Assembly: GCF_006345805.1 (NCBI RefSeq) | Contig: NW_021826391.1 | Span: 1-13,005 of the forward strand | Reading direction: 5' to 3' | DNA length: 13,005 nt | From: Octopus sinensis | Taxonomy: Eukaryota | Shown: positions 9,518 to 13,005 of the stretch, piece by piece | Layout: every line of letters starts with the position of its first letter | Numbering within the stretch: the stretch's first letter is position 1 | Program-made: the position numbers and the translations under genes | Notes under the pieces: generated by a model | The model's input: only the letters and a program-made list of their open reading frames with translations | What the model was told of the DNA's origin: nothing | Databases searched by the model: none

Positions 9518-9700
9518 GTATATATAATTGTATGCGCGTGTGTATTTATATATATGTATATATGTGAAGTGGCTTCCAGTGCAACCTCCAACTCTCATCT
9601 CATCGTACACTACACATATATAAATACATGTACATATGTATACGTACGTGTGCGCACGCGCTTGTGTGTGTGCGTGCGTGCGTGCGTGTGTGTGTATATG
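9035..9700. repeat. TG/GA, CT and TA microsatellite field with a short unique insert (~9141-9275)
   Basis: Direct reading. Confidence 0.9.
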
Positions 9701-10431
9701 GGTGTATCCATCATCTTTCTTCATATAATTTTTATCTTCCTGCAATTTTCTTGAAGCTCCAATTATTATTGTCGTTACAGTTGTTGTAAGTCACGTGAAT
9801 TGTATTTATTTATTTTTCATTTATTTCTTCCATTTTTTTTTCATCGCTATATTTTAAACTCATAAATTACATTTATACTTACACCACACACACACACAAC
9901 ACACACATAGTTTTTATACATATGTATATACATATATATGAATATGTATATATGTCTGAGTGTGTATGTGTGTGTGAGATTTCATTTTTTATTCATTTTT
10001 ATTTTATTTTTTATTATTTTTTTATTTCCCCAGTTTTCACATATCCCAGCGTATCACGGTCATAGCGTGGCTATAAAACGGATTCTTTGAAACAGGATAT
10101 TACTAACTTCCGAATCCGTATTAAAACTGAAATCAAATAACTGGACAGACAAGTGTTTGTATCATGCAGCATTGATTGCCTTTTACATATTTTCTTTCAT
10201 TTTTTATTATTTTATTATTTAATCTCAAACCAACCTTACACACTTCCGGTTTGCTTTTCCTCCATTTTATTTCATTTTTTTCTTTTATTTTTTTTCAAAA
10301 TCTATGCCGACATTTTGAAACGATTTTTTGATTTCTTTTTAAAATTCAATGCTCCATTTTTATTTTGTTCTAAAAACTCTCTTTCTTATATCTTTTATTC
10401 ATCAAATCTTTCTCTTTGATTTAATTGTCCA

Positions 10432-10552
10432 TTCTTTTCTATATTATCTATTTACTTATTTCAGTCATTGGACATTGGCCATGCTGGAGCAGAAGATTAT
10501 AAGATATTTCAGTCCAGCAAATCCACCCCACCAATACTTTATCCTATCGGTT
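10432..10552 (-). mobile_element. SINE A 3' portion, tail type T3
   Basis: The minus-strand CGATAGGATAAAGTATTGGTGGGGTGGATTTGCTGGACT resembles the A body end (CGATAAATTAAGTACCAGTTACGCACCGGGATCGATCTAATCGACT, as in the 7931-8165 copy). It is followed by CTCCAGCATGGCCAATGTCCAATGACTGAAATAAGTAAATAG, which also matches 10952-10996. Confidence 0.7.
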
Positions 10553-10687
10553 CTTTTCACTGACAAGCTAAGTTACAAGAACTTTAACAAACCGACACCA
10601 CGTGACATACGGTGAGGGACAGGACAAGCACAAACCTGAAACACACACAAACTCACATCTGTGTGTGCTTGCATGTGTATATATGCA

Positions 10688-10830
10688 CAACGCGCTTCCC
10701 TCAAATTCATTTACAAGGTTTGGGCCAACTCATGACTCGAGTAGAAGACACTTGCCTAAGGTGACGGACAGTGGGACTGAACCTGTAACAATATGGCTGT
10801 AAAGCAAGCTTCTTACCCGCAATGACATGT
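10688..10830 (-). mobile_element. SINE family B, copy 3
   Basis: GTAGAAGACACTTGCCTAAGGTG and CAGTGGGACTGAACC (B box 10773-10783) match copy 1. Confidence 0.85.
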
Positions 10831-10944
10831 CAGTGTCTGCACTATCTTTTTCGAACTTTTGTCGCTAATGCCACTGACTTTTAATTTAATTTCAATTTAA
10901 TTGATAGCAGATTTTAAAAATTATAGCTGCGTCGGAGAGTTCTA

Positions 10945-10996
10945 CTAAAACCCAGCATGGTTGCATTCCAATGACTGAAACCAGTAAGAGATAAAA
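10945..10996 (+). mobile_element. SINE A tail T3 fragment
   Basis: CCAGCATGGTTGCATTCCAATGACTGAAACCAGTAAGAGATAA aligns with the reverse complement of 10445-10490. Confidence 0.7.
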
Positions 10997-11243
10997 CGAA
11001 AGTTAAGCAACCCAAATTACGAAATATATTTTTTTACATAAAATGTTATTGCTTCCTTTACTTAAAAAAAAAATCACGAAAGAAAAAAAAAGAGAATATG
11101 AACCATATAGTTATATTTCTAGTTCCAAGTTGCATCCCAGCAATATTATTTTTTCTACTGAATTTCCTTCCAAATTTTTTCTCCGTTTCGAAATTTCCCT
11201 TGCTATATCTCGTTTTATATGTGTGTGGTATGTGTGTATACAT

Positions 11244-11283
<40 letters not shown>

Positions 11284-11288
<5 letters not shown>

Positions 11289-11420
11289 ATAGGGAGAATT
11301 CAGAAAAAACAAAAGAAGAACACAGGTGGTGTAGACAACATACAGATGTATTAGTTTAACGCTGAGGAAGTAAAAAAAGTCTTCAAAGTTTCGAGCCTAC
11401 GCTCTTCCACAGAAAGAAAC
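11284..11420 (-). mobile_element. Penelope-like element terminal-repeat remnant
   Basis: The minus strand carries CTGTGGAAGAGCGTAGGCTCGAAAC, the CTGANGAAG...CGAAAC signature of PLE terminal repeats, and runs into a (TA)n/(TG)n tail. Confidence 0.65.
11380..11417 (-). ncRNA. Degenerate minimal type I hammerhead ribozyme
   Basis: 5'-UCUUU CUGUGGA A GAGC GUAG GCUC GAAAC UUU GAAGA-3' gives helix I (UCUUU/GAAGA), helix II (GAGC/GCUC with a 4-nt loop) and correct GAAAC-NNH spacing. It departs from the active consensus at A6 (U) and at ACGU (ACUU). Confidence 0.6.
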
Positions 11421-11461
11421 AATAAGCGAAATAAAGAATGTGTAGTGGCTAGCGATCTATA

Positions 11462-11541
<80 letters not shown>

Positions 11542-11684
11542 TATATACAGATTATATATGTACGTATATATATATATGTATATATATATATATACGTATA
11601 TATGTACATATATATATATACGTGTATATATGTATATATAAGCGAAACAATAGCGAAAAATAAAGAATGTGTAGTGGCTAGCGA

Positions 11685-11729
<45 letters not shown>

Positions 11730-11815
11730 CATATATATATGTACGTATATATATATGTATATATATATACGTATATGTACATATATATATATACGTATAT
11801 ATATGTATATATACG
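11412..11815 (+). repeat. Tandem duplication, ~229-bp period, inside a (TA)n field that extends to ~12015
   Basis: AATAAAGAATGTGTAGTGGCTAGCGATCTATATA occurs identically at 11430 and 11659. The interruption pattern of the following TA tract (TGTACGTA, TACGTA, TGTACA) is also repeated. Confidence 0.92.
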
Positions 11816-11968
11816 TATGCATATGTTATGTATATATATATATATATATATAGATAGATAGATATATAAATATATAGATATATATATAGACACACACACG
11901 CATATATATATATATTCATTCATACATATATGTGTATATATATATATATATATATAATTCATTCATAC

Positions 11969-12007
<39 letters not shown>

Positions 12008-12304
12008 TATATTATAGCCCCTCTAATATATTTAGTCCTTCTCCACTGTCAGTGCTGTTCTTTGATATCACGTGTCGAGTTCTTCATTTCTTTTTCGCAC
12101 TTATATTCTATTATTAATGATGTTTTTCTTTCTTATTTCTTGAAAAGATTGTCTTACTCTATCGCCCCCCCCACCCCCCACTTCCGTCGCCCATTTTTTT
12201 TTTCTATCTTGTATTCCAATAATTTCCTTCGTCCATTTTGTTCCTCTTACCAAAGTATTTTTTTCCATCGTCTCCAAATATTTCTGCCAAATTTCGCCTG
12301 CTCT

Positions 12305-12368
<64 letters not shown>

Positions 12369-13005
12369 TCTACTACTACCACTACTGTTACTAATTCTAC
12401 AACCACCACCACTGTCACCACCGTCACGTCTACTACAACCACCATCTACACTACCATCACCACCACCACTACCACTGCTGCTACTATTACAACCACCTCA
12501 ACCACCACAAAAACAACCACTACGACTACTAACAATTTCACCGACACCGTCGCTACAAATTACTACAGCTACTACCACTACTATCACTACATTCAGCAAC
12601 ACACCTCCTACTACTACCACTACTACTACCAACACCACTACTATCTTTACCTCTACCATTATTACCACCATAACTACTGCTACTACCAAACCCTACTACG
12701 ACTATCTCACCATCACGATCACCACCCCTACTACCACCGCTACTACCAACACCACCACTACTACTACTACTACCACCAATACCACCACTATCTTCACCTC
12801 TACTATTATTACCACCACAACTACTGCTACTACCAATCCCTACTACGACTATCTCACCATCACGACCACCACCCCTACTACCACCGCTACTACTACCACC
12901 ACCACCACTACTACTACTACTACTACCACTACTACTACTACTACCACCACCACCAACACCACCACTATCTCCACCTCTACTGCTACTACCAAACACTACT
13001 ACGAC
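12305..13005. repeat. Compound (ACT)n/(GCT)n/(ACC)n repeat with a 147-bp higher-order unit
   Basis: CCCTACTACGACTATCTCACCATCACGA occurs at 12691 and 12838, with a partial third unit from ~12952. Confidence 0.93.

Noticed and set aside
10465-10611. Apparent 147-nt plus-strand exon (TTTCAG|...CG|GTGAGG) with Ras/Rho-like LDIGHAGAEDY and FILSVLFTDKLSYKNF motifs
   Set aside because: The motifs lie in different frames. The acceptor and most of the segment are the reverse complement of the SINE T3 tail, which also occurs at 10952-10996.
749-12996. The ORF-track proteins (poly-N/I, HT, CV, YI, LS, D/M/H, V/S/G)
   Set aside because: They are translations of microsatellites or SINE sequence with no recognisable domain or supported exon structure.

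Overview
Eukaryotic, AT-rich, microsatellite-dense non-coding DNA (intron or intergenic). I recognise the SINE families and repeat landscape as octopod cephalopod (Octopus-like); this is inference from memory, not a database hit. No intact protein-coding gene is supported, and nearly all ORF-track entries are translated microsatellites or SINEs. Supported content: (1) a stop-riddled C-terminal fragment of an R4/Dong-type non-LTR retrotransposon (1-357); (2) about 9 copies or fragments of tRNA-derived SINE family A, which appears to carry three different 3' tails and includes a head-to-tail trimer; (3) three copies of a CORE-like tRNA SINE family B; (4) a ~330-bp fold-back MITE; (5) a Penelope-like terminal remnant with a degenerate minimal type I hammerhead ribozyme; (6) a DINE-1/Lep1-like Helitron-type fragment; (7) a ~90-bp repeat in inverted orientation ~4 kb apart; (8) two higher-order duplications inside microsatellites; (9) a weak promoter/first-exon candidate at ~6100-6765. 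Alignments and counts were done by eye, so boundaries are approximate.
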